From Balanoglossus misakiensis (taxonomy: Eukaryota; Animalia; Hemichordata), in contig CM082591.2 in NCBI GenBank assembly GCA_040954595.2, positions 11,549,309 through 11,613,308 of the forward strand: DNA of 64,000 nt. Direction: 5' to 3'. The notes below the pieces were generated by a model. That model had not been told where the DNA came from and did no database searches. It saw nothing but the letters and a program-made list of their open reading frames with translations. Below, piece after piece: positions 1 to 13,823 of this stretch. The first letter of the stretch is position 1. Each line of letters starts with the position of its first letter. The translations under genes and the position numbers were made by a program.

Positions 1-2177
1 GAGATTATTTTTCTCACACGACCAGAAATTTGCGATATTAACGTTTTTATTTCCAATCGAAGAACAAAATCAATAAAATACCCACTGATCACTGCATAAA
101 CGCTCATATATTGATCCGCCCCGCAAAACATAGTCCCCATTTCAACACAAGTTAACACCCATTCTACAAAATGTACTCAACACATAAAATAGGTTAATAA
201 ATATTTTAATTAACAATAACGTGTGCATCAAATAGATCGATGTCCATTGTACACTGAAAAGCAACCTGTGTCATTTCTCGAAATCGAAATTCTCAGAATA
301 GATCGAGATAACAATAACAAAGTCAACAGTCACATTGTACTAAATGTACATGTAGGTATACTACTGACTATTTTCACTTTCTGTGTCGGAATAAATCACA
401 CACCTTCGTTTGCGTGGGGGTTCCTGAATGTTACAGGTAATATTGAATGTACCACCGGTTATAGTACATTTATCGAATAATGAAGAAGAGGTGGCAACGT
501 GAGAACTTGAGGAATTTTGTGTACATGACGTGGATATCTCGCTTGAACGGGATTGTTGAAGAGTCATGTAGGGTAATGCTGACGACGAGGGCTGAACTAC
601 GCTGCTCGGGGGTTCACAACGAGATGTGTCTGTCAATATATGTGACATGGCATATTGCTGTTTGTCAGACAACTTGCTGTAGTTATTGACTGACTGCACG
701 TTTCTATGGGCACTTTTCTGCATTATATGCGTTGGTGGCACGTTGTTGTCGTTCAGTTTCTGGAGCAAGTATTTCCTGGCACTTGTATTGGTGATGCGTT
801 TTCCGCGACCAGATAATCCACTCTCTTCGGCCATGTTTTTCATTATTTGGGCAATCGTATTCGGGCCCATTGCTTGACGCTTGAACCAAACTATATCAGA
901 CGGCTTGGAATTTGTCCTGATGGCTAAGTAGAATGGAGTGTCTGGGCCCAGAAAATCAGCGGGTCGCTTTGATGCGTACAACTTGTAAAGAGAAACGGGG
1001 CATTTGTTTTTGTCATTGACGAACGAATACATTTGTGGCTTTACAGGGCGGACATCGCTCACATTTTCGCCAGTTCTAGTCTTAGTCTGGTGCTCAGTTG
1101 TCATTTCAATGAATTCTCTGCCATCAGCATCTCGTTTAAGTTTAACATCGCCCCAACACAACGACCTATGTTCTTTAACTGCCCTCATTCCAAAATGCAA
1201 CATGTTGTTAAGCCAAAGAGTATTTATGACCGAATGAGGTGTATGGCCGCCGAGTTGCCCATCAGCATACAGCTTATTTACATCGTCATCAGTCAGGGTA
1301 TCAGCTTTGAATGGTAGATTCCCCTTACCGTGTTTTCGGAGGTTTTTCGGTTTCGCTTTCAATTTTTCTCGTGAAGAGAAAAAATCGACACTTGTCACCA
1401 ACGATACTCCATATTTGGCCCAGCGGAGATGTCTTTCTAAACTACTAAACATCCCTTGTAGAGAGGATGGTTCGTAGTCAGAACCATCCTCCTTCCGAAC
1501 AACACACAGAAAATTTCCAACGAAGGGGTCGAGCTCGCTCGGCGGAATATCAGAAATGTCGCGATGTTCGCCAAGTTCGGTCAGGTACTGTTTGAATAGC
1601 GTTACATGATATTTAGTCTTTCGTACCGTGTCACTATTCTGCTGATCGTCTACGAAATGGTCAATATCGGTAGACGACAATGCAGCAAATCTAGAATGTT
1701 TCGGGGTCGACGAACCTTCAGCTAATGGTACGGGCGGTGCCGCATCTGGCTCGAACTCAGCGGCGAGCTTCACTGCTGAAACCTCAACTTCAGCTCCAGA
1801 CAAGACATCCATCAGGACAAACTGGCGATATGTTCCCAATGGCCTAATTACGCGGGATATCTGGAAAATACGGCCGTTTTTCGCGAGTCTGTCACCAACC
1901 ACGTACACCATTATCCGAAGGTAACACAAATTGCACAACTGTCGTCTGCACATGACCTGATCACATTGTAGTTCCGGTTCGTGTATAACACGTCACACAA
2001 TTGGATGATATTTGCTCATTCTGAGGGGTATGAATATCATTATCCAATCAGAGCTCGTGTCAGATAACAGTTGTCTGTGTGCGCATTAACACAGAGTGTG
2101 GGAACAATTTGATCCCACACTCTCTATCCCACACTCCCAGCGGCCATGAGTGTGAGAAAAATTAATTTCTTTTACAA
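1..2177 (-). mobile_element. Crypton-like element; one end lies beyond the window start
   Basis: Flanks 1-190 and 1830-2177 match, in reverse orientation, the non-autonomous copy at 33082-33173 + 35169-35603. Confidence 0.75.
361..1953 (-). CDS. Crypton-type tyrosine recombinase (DUF3504 / ZMYM-KCTD1-like), uninterrupted ORF; the true start may be the Met of MDVLSG near 1812
   Basis: Motifs RKEDGSDYEPSSL, HFGMR, TKT, CPVSLYKLY..KRP, WFKRQAMG, TNTSARK, SAHRNVQSVNNY (catalytic R/K/R/H/Y; the HxxR His reads Thr) and a C-terminal PRKRR + acidic tail. Confidence 0.85.
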   Translation of the reverse strand: MCRRQLCNLCYLRIMVYVVGDRLAKNGRIFQISRVIRPLGTYRQFVLMDVLSGAEVEVSAVKLAAEFEPDAAPPVPLAEGSSTPKHSRFAALSSTDIDHFVDDQQNSDTVRKTKYHVTLFKQYLTELGEHRDISDIPPSELDPFVGNFLCVVRKEDGSDYEPSSLQGMFSSLERHLRWAKYGVSLVTSVDFFSSREKLKAKPKNLRKHGKGNLPFKADTLTDDDVNKLYADGQLGGHTPHSVINTLWLNNMLHFGMRAVKEHRSLCWGDVKLKRDADGREFIEMTTEHQTKTRTGENVSDVRPVKPQMYSFVNDKNKCPVSLYKLYASKRPADFLGPDTPFYLAIRTNSKPSDIVWFKRQAMGPNTIAQIMKNMAEESGLSGRGKRITNTSARKYLLQKLNDNNVPPTHIMQKSAHRNVQSVNNYSKLSDKQQYAMSHILTDTSRCEPPSSVVQPSSSALPYMTLQQSRSSEISTSCTQNSSSSHVATSSSLFDKCTITGGTFNITCNIQEPPRKRRCVIYSDTESENSQ

Positions 2178-2400
2178 CCCAATCTTTGAAATCGTCGGGC
2201 TTATTTACTATGCGGTACCATCTTGGAGTTGATGATATGCTACACTTTTGACAGGGTCCACATTTTTCTTTGTCAGGGTGAGCCTGCTGACTTAATGGAA
2301 GAATTCCTCCAAACCCACTAATATAAATGTACAAATGCATCCCCCTTTTGTTGGTATATTTATTCGTCCATACAAGGGTTTTCCCTATAAGAATAATTTG

Positions 2401-5400
2401 AAATTAAAGCTGCAAGCAGCGTTGGCGGGGCACAAGCGGTTCCCATGGTAACCAGCAAATGCCAAGGCTGTATCTGCTGTGGATACCAAGATATTGGAAA
2501 GTAGGTCAAAGGTCACCTGAGGTCACCCCAAATTTGGGCAAAAAAATCGGACCCCATACAAGTCTAGGTCCAACAAAAACAAGACCCCTAGCTCTATTGG
2601 TTCGCCTAGAATTAGGTATGTGCATAATTAATGAGGTCTTGTGTAAGACTCCATATGTGCTCCATCTGCCCCACAAAAGCCAGGACTCTAACTGCTGTGG
2701 ATGCTGAGATATGGGAAAGTAGATCAAAGGTCATCCAAGGTCACCCAAAATTTGGGCATAAAATTTTGACCCCAGAGTGGGCCATGTCCAACTAAAACCA
2801 GACCTCTAGCCCTATTGGTTAGCCTGGAATTAGATATGCAGAAAAATGATGTTTCAGAAATAGGTCAAGGGTCATTGCCAACATTACCAAAATATTTGTG
2901 TCATGTCCTGGCAGCATTGGTACCCATGTCCACAAAATTCATGACTGTGGTGCTTTGACAAGAGGAGGTATGGGGAATATGCATATATAATTGGTTGTTT
3001 TAAAACTGGGTCAAAGGTCATGTGAAAATTGCCCTGAAAAATTGTGACAACTTCCGGTCATATGATGACTCATATCCAAAAAAAGAATTTCCATGCTGTC
3101 AACATTTTGGCTACAAAACGGAATTATCACTTTTCAATGGTTTTCCGAAAATCCAACATGGCCGCCATAATGATCGACCAATCACAGTGCGCTTCGCAAA
3201 CTTGATAGACATAGGTTAGGTGACCACATATCCCAAATCCCGAGACTCGGTAACTGCTGGTTCTGGAGAAGAAGATTTTTAAAGTTTTAAGTAGTTTTTC
3301 AGAAAAACAATTGTAGCAAAAAAACTTTATGTATGACGTCATGATTTCAATGGGGTAAAATGATGGACAGAAGGTAGGCTACCTGCACACCAAATTTGAA
3401 CTCGATCAGCCCAGTGGTTTTTGAGAAGGACTCATTTAACGATTTTCAGGAAATCCAATATGGCCGCCAGGTCACGTGACTAATTAAATATTCACGGGCC
3501 ACTGCACGTCTACTCATTGGCCCCTACCACCCTACCAAGTTTCGGCCCCCTAGGTGCTGCCGTTTTCCAGATTTACAATGACATATTTCTCGGAAGAAGA
3601 AGAATAATAATAATTAAAGCTGCGAGCAGCATTGTCGGGCCCAAGCGCTGATCTCGAATTATATATGCACAGTATGAATGAGAAGAAACAGAATTTTCTA
3701 TCGGATGTATTATCTCATGACATAACAAGGATGTGTGTATTTTTGCTGCTGAAATAGGGTGAAGTAGGTCAAAGGTCACCTGAGATCACCCAACATTTGG
3801 GCAATTTTTTTTTACCCATACTGGTCCATGTCCAACAAAAACCAAAACTCTAGCTCTATTGGTTCGCCTGTAATTAGGTATGTGCATATTTAATGAGGTC
3901 AGCAGGTGTTACAGGTGACCCAAAAATGTGGCTTTACATTTTGGTCCCATCCTACCAAATGCCATGGCTGTATCTGCTCTGGATGCTGAGATATGCGAAA
4001 GTAGGTCAAAGGTCACCAGAGGTCACCCAACATTTGGGCAAAAAATTTTGATCCCATACTGGTCCATGTCCAACAAAAACCAAACCTCTAGCTCTATTGG
4101 TTCGCCTGTAATTAGATATGCACATAATTAATGAGGTCAGCATAGGTCAAAGGGGTCATTAAAAGTAGCAAAATATTTTGATCACACACTAATCCACATT
4201 CATCAAAAACCAAACGTCTAGCCCTATAGGTTAGCCTGGAATTAGATATGCAGAAATAATAACGCGTGATAAGTAGGTCAAAGGTCATGTGAAAAATCGC
4301 CAAAAAATTGTAACATATTTTAGTCACATGACGATTGATATCCATAAAAAGAATTTGTATGCTATCAATTTTTAGACTAGAAAAAGGAATTTCAATTTTT
4401 CACTGCTTTTTACAAAATCCAATATGGCCGCCATAATCTTCGACCAATCACAATGTTCTTTGCAAACTTGATAGACATCAGTGTAGTGACCATACTCCCC
4501 GAATCTTGCGACTCAGTTATTGCCTGTTCTGGAGAAGATTTTTGGAGCTTTACTATGGTTTTTCGAAAATCCAATATGGCCGCCATAATCTTTGACCAAT
4601 CACACTGATCTTCGCAAACTTGATAGACATCAGTTAGGTGACCACATACCACAAACCGCGTGACTCGGTTATCGCCGGTTCTGGAGAAGAAGATTTTTGA
4701 AATTTTGACCAGATTTCAGAAAAACAACTGTAGCAAAAAAACTGCAACATTGACAGCAAAATATCCAATTACAAAAATGATGGGCAGAAGGTACACTACC
4801 TGCACGCCAAATCTGAAGTCGATCTGACTTGTAGTTTCTGAGATCTGAGATTTGCATTTTTTCAGAAAATCCAATATGGCCGCCAGGTCACATGACTAAT
4901 TAAGTATTCACAAGTCACTGCACATCTACTTATTGACCTTGACCACTGTAGCAAGTTTGAGCAGTGTACCTGCAGTAGTTTCAGAGATCTCGTTGGCCGA
5001 AGAATTGACACAAGAAAAAAGAAAGAAAGAATTAAAGCTGCAAGCAGCATTGTCCGGGCCCAAGCTCTATTATCTGATCTGATTATTAGATATACACATA
5101 ATTAATGAGTAGAAACATAATGCTGTGTTTTATCCCATGAAATATCAAGGTTATATCTATGTTTGGTGTTGATATAGTGTTAAGTAGGTCAAAGGTCACC
5201 CAGAGGTCACCCACAATTTGGGCAGAAAATTTTGACCCATAGTGGTCCATGTCCAACAAAAACCAGACCTCTAGCCCTTTTGGTTAGCCCGGAATTAGGT
5301 ATGCACATTAATAATGAGTAAAGCAGGTGTCACAGGTGACCCATAACTTTGGCTTTTCATTATGGCCCCATACCTCCAAACGCCAAGGCTGTATCTGCTG

Positions 5401-8400
5401 TGGATGTCGAGATATGCAAAAGTAGGTCAAAGGTCATCTGAGGTCACCCAAAATTTGGGCAGAAAATTTTGACCCATAGTGGTCCATGTCCAACAAAAAC
5501 CAGACATCTAGCCCTTTTGGTTAGCCCGGAATTAGGTATGCACATAAATAATGAGTAAAGCAGGTGTCACAGGATGACCCAAAACTTTGGCTTTTCATTA
5601 TGGCCCCATACCTCCAAACGCCAAGGCTGTATCTGGTGTGGATGTCGAGATATGCAAAAGTAGGTCAAAGGTCACCCGAGGTCACCCAACATTTGGGCAA
5701 AATATTTTGACCCCATACTGGTCCATGTATAACAAAAACAAAACCTCTAGGTCTATTGGTTCATCATTAATTAGGTATGCGCATATTTAATGAGGTCACC
5801 AGAGGTCAAAGGGGTCATGAAAAGTAGCAAAATTTTTTGATCACATACAAATCCACATACCTCAAAAACCAAACTTATAGCCCTATTGGTTAGCCTGGAA
5901 TTAGATATGCAGAAAAATGATTTGTCAAAAGTAGGTCAAAGGTAATCGCCAAAATTACCAAAATATTTATAGCTTATTCTTGTCATATGATGATTCATAT
6001 CCATAAAAAGAATTTCTGTGCTATCAATTTTTAGGCTAGAAAAGGAATTTTTACTTTTTAATCGTTTTTCACAAAATCCAATATGGCCGCCATAATCTTC
6101 GACCAATCACATTCCCCTTCGCAAACTTGATAGACATCTGTTAAATGACCACACACACCAAATCTTGTGACTCGGTTATCGCCCGTTCTGGAGAAGAAGA
6201 TTTTTGAAGTTTTACTATGGTTTTTCGAAAATCCAATATAGCCGCCATAATCTTCGACCAATCACAATGATCTTCGCAAACTTGATAGACATCAGTTAGG
6301 TGACCACATACCCCAAACGGCGTGACTCGGTTATCGCCGGTTCTGGAGAAGAAGATTTTTGAAAATTTGACCAGATTTCAGAAAAACAACTGTAGCAAAA
6401 AAACTGCAACATTGACAGCATAATATCCAATTACAAAAATGATGGGCATAAGGTATACTAGCTGCACACCAAATTTGAAGTCAATCTGACTTGTAGTTTC
6501 TGAGATCTGAGATTTGCATTTTTTCAGAAAATCCAATATGGCCGCCAGGTCACGTGACTAATTAAATATTCACGAGCCACTGCACATCTACTCATTGGCC
6601 CCTATCTGCCTACCAAGTTTCAGCCTGGTTGGTGCTGCAGTTTTTGAGATTTAGGTGGCCGAAAAATGGAACCAAGAATAAAGAAGGAAAGAAAGACTGA
6701 AAAACCCCAACGAAACCAATAGGGCCCAAGCGCTGGTATGCGCTTGGGCCCTAAAGAAAGAAAAACCCCAACGAAACAAATAGGGCCCAAGCGCAAGCAA
6801 GCGCTTGGGCCCTAATAATTAAAGCTGCAAGCAGCATTGTCCGGGCCCAAGCTCTATTATCTGATCTGATGCTAATATAGTGTTAAGTAGGTCAAAGGTC
6901 ACCCGAGGTCACCCAACATTTGGGCAAAATATTTTGACCCCATACTGGTCCATGTATAACAAAAACAAAACCTCTAGGTCTATTGGTTCATCATTAATTA
7001 GGTATGCGCATATTTAATGAGGTCACCAGAGGTCAAAGGGGTCATGAAAAGTAGCAAAATGTTTTGATCACATACAAATCCACATACATCAAAAACCAAA
7101 CTTATAGCCCTATTGGTTAGCCTGGAATTAGATATGCAGAAAAATGATTCGTCAAAAGTAGGTCAAAGGTCATTGCCAAAATTACAAAAATATTTATAGC
7201 TTATTCTTGTCATATGATGATTCATATCCATAAAAAGAATTTCTGTGCTATCAATTTTTAGGCTAGAAAAGGAATTTTTACTTTTTAATCGTTTTTCACA
7301 AAATCCAATATGGCTGCCATAATCTTCAACCAATCACATTCCCCTTCGCAAACTTGATAGACATCCGTTTAATGACCACACACACCAAATCTTGTGACTC
7401 GGTTATCGCCCGTTCTGGAGGAGAAGATTTTTGAAGTTTTACTATAGTTTTTCGAAAATTCAATATGGCCGCCATAATCTTTGACCAATCACAATGATCT
7501 TCGCAAACTTGATAGACATCAGTTAGGTGACCACATAACCCAAACGGCGTGACTCGGTTATCGCCGGTTCTGGAGAAGAAGATTTTTGAAATTTTGACCA
7601 GATTTCAGAAAAACAACTGTAGCAAAAAAACTGCAACATTGACAGCAAAATATCCAATTACAAAAATGATGGGCAGAGGGTATACTACCAGCACGCCAAA
7701 TTTGAAGTCGATCTGACTTGTAGTTTCTGAGATCTGAGATTTGCATTTTTTCAGAAAATCCAATATGGCCGCCATGTCACGTGACTAATTAAGTATTCAC
7801 AAGTCACTGCACATCTACTCATTGACCTTGACCACTGTAGCAAGTTTGAGAACTGTACCTGCAGCGGTGTCTGAGATCTAGAGCGCGAAAGAAATGAACC
7901 AAGAATAAAGAAAGAAAGAAAGATTAAAGCTGCAAGCAGCATTGTCCGGGCCCAAGCTCTATTATCTGATCTGATATTAGATATGCACATAATTAATGAG
8001 AAGAAACATAATGCTGTGTTTATCCCATGAAATATCAAGGTTATAACTATGTTTGGTGCTGATATAGTGTTAAGTAGGTCAAAGGTCACCCAGAGGTCAC
8101 CCACAACTTGGGCAGAAAATTTTGATCCATAGTGGTCCATGTCCAACAAAAACCAGACCTCTTGGCCTTTTGGTTAGCACGGAATTAGGTATGCACATAA
8201 ATAATGAATTGAGCAGGGGTCACAGGTGACCCAAAACTTTGGCTTTTCATTATGGCCCCATACCTCCAAACTCCAAGGCTGTATATGCTGTGGATGTCGA
8301 GATATGCAAAAGTAGGTCAAAGGTCACCCGAGGTCACCCAACATTTGTGCAAAATATTTTGACCCCATACTGGTCCATGTATAACAAAAACCAAACCTCT

Positions 8401-11400
8401 AGGTCTATTTGTTCATCATTAATTAGGTATGTGCATATTTAATGAGGTCAGCAGAGGTCAAAGGGGTCATGAAAAGTAGCAAAATTTTTTGATCACATAC
8501 AAATCCACATACATCAAAAACCAAACTTATAGCCCTATTGGTTAGCCTTGAATTAGATATGCAGAAAAATGAAGCGTCAAAAGTAGGTCAAAGGTCATTG
8601 CCAAAATTACCAAAATATTTATAGCTAATTCTTGTCATATGATGATTCATATCCATAAAAAAAATTTCTGTGCTATCAATGTTTAGGCTAGAAAAGGAAT
8701 TTTTACTTTTTAATCGATTTTCACAAAATTCAATATGGCCGCCATAATCTTCGACCAATCACATTCCCCTTCGCAAACTTGATAGACATCTGTTTAATGA
8801 CCACACACACCAAATCTTGTGACTCGGTTATCGCCCGTTCTGGAGAAGAAGATTTTTGAAGTTTTACTATGGTTTTTCGAAAATCCAATATGGCCGCCAT
8901 AATCTTCGACCAATCACAATGATCTTCGCAAACTTGATAGACATCAGTTAGGTGACCACATACCTCAAATGGCGTGACTCGGTTATCGCCGGTTCTGGAG
9001 AAGAAGATTTTTGAAAATTTGACCAGATTTCAGAAAAACAACTGTAGCAAAAAAACTGCAACATTGACAGCATAATATCCAATTACAAAAATGATGGGCA
9101 TAAGGTATACTAGCTGCACACCAAATTTGAAGTCAATCTGACTTGTAGTTTCTGAGATCTGAGATTTGCATTTTTTCAGAAAATCCAATATGGCCGCCAG
9201 GTCACGTGACTAATTAAATATTCACGAGCCACTGCACATCTACTCATTGGCCCCTATCTGCCTACCAAGTTTCAGCCTGGTTGGTGCTGCAGTTTTTGAG
9301 ATTTAGGTGGCCGAAAAATGGAACCAAGAATAAATTAAAGCTGCGAGCAGCATTGTCGGGCCCAAGCGCTGATCTTGAATTATATATGCACAGTATGAAT
9401 GAGAAGAAACAGAATTTTCTATCGGATGTATTATCTCATGACATAAAAAGGATGTGTGTATTTTTGCTGCTGAAATAGGGTGAAGTAGGTCAAAGGTCAC
9501 CTGAGGTCACCCAACATTTGGGCAAAAAATTTTGATCCCATACTGGTCCATGTCCAACAAAAACCAAACCTCTAGCTCTATTGGTTCGCCTGTAATTAGC
9601 TATGCACATAATTAATGAGGTCAGCAGAGGTCAAAGGGGTCATGAAAAGTAGCAAAATATTTTGATCACACACTAATCCACATTCATCAAAAACCAAACG
9701 TCTAGCCTTATAGGTTAGCCTGGAATTAGATATGCAGAAATAATAACGCGTGATAAGTAGGTCAAAGGTCATGTGAAAAATCGCCAAAAAATTGCAACAT
9801 ATTTTAGTCATATGACGATTGATATCCATAAAAAGAATTTGTATGCTATCAATTTTTAGACTAGAAAAAGGAATTTCAATTTGTCACTGCTTTTTACAAA
9901 ATCCAATATGGCCGCCATAATCTTCGACCAATCACAATGCTCTTTGCAAACTTGATAGACATCAGTGTAGTGACCATACTCCCCGAATCTTGCGACTCAG
10001 TCATCGCCCGTTCTGGAGAAGAAGATTTTTGGAGTTTAACTATGGTTTTTCGAAAATCCAATATGGCCGCCATAATCTCCGACCAATCACAATGCTTCTT
10101 ATCAAACTTGATAGACATCAGTTAGGTGACCACATACCCCAAACCCCGTGTCTCGGTTATCACCGGTTCTGGAGAAGAAGATTTTTGAAATTTAAGCCAG
10201 ATTTCAGAAAAAAAATTGTAGCAAAAAAACTGCAACATTTACAGCAAATTTTCCAATTACAAAAATGATCGGTAGAAGGTAGACTACCTGCACACTAAAT
10301 TTGAAGTGGATCTGACTTGTAGTTTCTGAGATCTGAGATTTGCATTTTTTCAGAAAATCCAATATGGCCGCCAGGTCACGTGACTAATTAAAAATTCAAG
10401 GGTTCAATGCACGACTACTCATTGACCTTGACCACTGTAGCCAGTTTGAAAACTGTACCTGCAGTGGTGTCTGAGATCTAGAGCGACAAAGAAGTGAACC
10501 AAGAATAAAGAAAGAAAGAAAGAAAGAAAGAAAAACCCCAACGAAACCAATAGGGCCCAAGCGCTGCTGTGCGCTTGGGCCCTAATTAAAGCTGCGAGCA
10601 GCATTGTCGGGCCCAAGCGCTGATCTTGAATTATATATGCACAGTATGAATGAGAAGAAACAGAATTTTCTATCGGATGTATTATCTCATGACATATCAA
10701 GGACGTGTGTATTTTTGCTGCTTAAATAGGGTGAAGTAGGTCAAAGGTCACCTGAGGTCACCCAACATTTGGGCAATTTTTTTTTACCCATACTGGTCCA
10801 TGTCCAACAAAAACCAAAACTCTAGCTCTATTGGTTCGCCTGTAATTAGGTATGTGCATATTTAATGAGGTCAGCAGGTGTCACAGGTGACCCAAAAATG
10901 TGGCTTTACATTTTGGTCCCATCCTACCAAATGCCATGGCTGTATCTGCTCTGGATGCTGAGATATGCGAAAGTAGGTCAAAGGTCACCAGAGGTCACGC
11001 AACATTTGGGCAAAACATTTTGATCCCGTACTGGTCTGTGTCCAACAAAAACCAAACCTCTAGGTCTATTGGTTCGCCTGTAATTAGCTATGCACATAAT
11101 TAATGAGGTCAGCAGAGGTCAAAGGGGTCATGAAAAGTAGCAAAATATTTTGATCACACACTAATCCACATTCATCAAAAACCAAACGTCTAGCCCTATA
11201 GGTTAGCCTGGAATTAGATATGCAGAAATAATAACGCGTGATAAGTAGGTCAAAGGTCATGTGAAAAATCGCCAAAAAATTGTAACATATTTTAGTCACA
11301 TGACGATTGATATCCATAAAAAGAATTTGTATGCTATCAATTTTTAGACTAGAAAAAGGAATTTCAATTTTTCACTGCTTTTTACAAAATCCAATATGGC

Positions 11401-13791
11401 CGCCATAATCTTCGACCAATCACAATGCTCTTTGCAAACTTGATAGACATCAGTGTAGTGACCATACTCCCCGAATCTTGCGACTCAGTCATCGCCCGTT
11501 CTGGAGAGGAAGATTTTTGGAGTTTAACAATGGTTTTTCTAAAATCCAATATGGCCGCCATAATCTTCGACCAATCACAATGATCTTCGCAAACTTGATA
11601 GACATCAGTTAGGTGACCACATACCCCAAACCCCGTGTCTCGGTTATCACTGGTTCTGGAGAAGAAGATTTTTGAAATTTAAGCCAGATTTCAGAAAAAA
11701 AATTGTAGCAAAAAAACTGCAACATTGACAGCAAAATTTCCAATTACAAAAATGATGGGTAGAAGGTAGTCTACCTGCATGCCAAATTTGAAGTCGATCT
11801 GACTTGTAGTTTCTGAGATCTGAGATTTGAATTTTTTCAGAAAATCCAATATGGCCGCCAGGTCACGTGACTAATTAATTATTCACAAGTCACTGCACAT
11901 CTACTCATTGACCTTGACCACTGTATCAAGTTTGAGAAGTGTACCTGCAGTAGTTTCAGAGATCTCGTTGGCCGAAGAAATTGACACAAGAAAAAAGAAA
12001 GAAAGAAATATAGCTGCAAGCAGCGATGACGGGCCCAAGCTTAAGCCGAAGGTCAAAGGTCATAAGAGGTCACCCGAAATTTGGGCAAGAAATTTTGACC
12101 CCCATACTGGTCCGTGTCCCACAAGAACAAAATCTCTAGCCCTATTGGTTCGCCTACAATTAGGTATGCGCATAATTAATGAGATAAAGTGTAAGGCTCC
12201 ATCAGGAGTTCCATCCCTCCAAATGCCAAGGCTGTATCTGCTGTGGATGCCGAGATATGGTAAAGTAGGTCAAAGGTCACCTGAGGTCACCCAAAATTTG
12301 GGCAAAAAATTTTGACCCCATACTGGTCCATGGTCAGCATAAATCAAACCTCTAGCCCTATTGCTTAGCCTGGAATTAGGTATGCACATAATTAATGAGA
12401 TAAGCAGGTGTCACAGGTGACCCCAATTTTGGCTTTTCAATTTTAGTCCCAACCCTCCAAACGCCAAGTCTGTACCTGCTCTGGATGCGGAGATATAGGA
12501 AAGTAGGTCAAAGGTCACCTGAGGTCACCCAAAATTTGGGCAAGAAATTTTGACCCTATACTGGTCCATGTCCTACAAGAACGAAACCTCTAGCCCTCTT
12601 AGTTAGCCCAGAATTAGGTATGCACATAATTAATGAGATAAGCAGGTGTCACAGGTGACCCCAATTTTGGCTTTTCAATTTTAGTCCCAACCCTCCAAAC
12701 GCCAAGTCTGTACCTGCTCTGGATGCGGAGATATAGGAAAGTAGGTCAAAGGTCACCTGAGGTCACCCAAAATTTGGGCAAGAAATTTTGACCCTATACT
12801 GGTCCATGTCCTACAAGAACGAAACCTCTAGCCCTCTTAGTTAACCCAGAATTAGGTATGCACATAATTAATGAGTTAAGCAGGTGTTACAGGTGACCCC
12901 CATTTTGGCTTTTCAATTTTAGTCCCAACCCTCCAAACGCCAAGTCTGTACCTGCTCTGGATGCGGAGATATGGGAAAGTAGGTCAAAGGTCACCTGAGG
13001 TCACCCAAAATTTGGGCAAGAAATTTTGACCCTATACTGGTCCATGTCCCACAAGAACGAAACCTCTAGCCCTCTTAGTTAGCCCAGAATTAGGTATGCA
13101 CATAATTAATGAGTTAGGCAGGTGTTACAGGTGAGCCTAAAATTGTGCCTTTTATTTTGGTGCCATTGTGCTCACTGACCAATAGACAGTCACTGTACAG
13201 GACTATTGCACAGACCAGAATTCCACAATAAGACATAGACATAGCTTAACCATAGAGGTATAATTAAAGGTATAAATTTAATAAAAAAAATAATATAAAA
13301 AAATCGGTCAATTTTTCATATCATTTTTTTTCGCTTAAAATTATTGACAAATGCTAGGCTAGCTGCACACCAAAGTTGGAGATGATCGGCCTAACAGATT
13401 TTGAGATATGTATGCATATTTATCCAAAATACGATGTGGTCATAGCTTTACTATGTAAAGTATAGGCACATGGCTTGGGCGAAAAATATGAAAAATAATA
13501 CTTAAAAATCTTCTTCTCAAAAGTGACATGGCCTTTGGCCTTGACATTTGGCATGTAGAACCCTGGCCATATGGCCCACAAAGTATCTTAACAGAATTTT
13601 GATATCTCCATTCATATGCAAATTAGGTCGATTTGAAAACTTTGCCCATATATGGTCATCAGGTCATGTGACTTATTAAACATTCACAAGGGTACTGCAC
13701 TAGCTCTCATTGGCCTGCACCATTGTGCCAAATGTGAGATTTGTAGGTTCAGCCGTTTTCAAGATCTAGCTGGACAAAAAAATGACACAAG

Positions 13792-13823
<32 letters not shown>

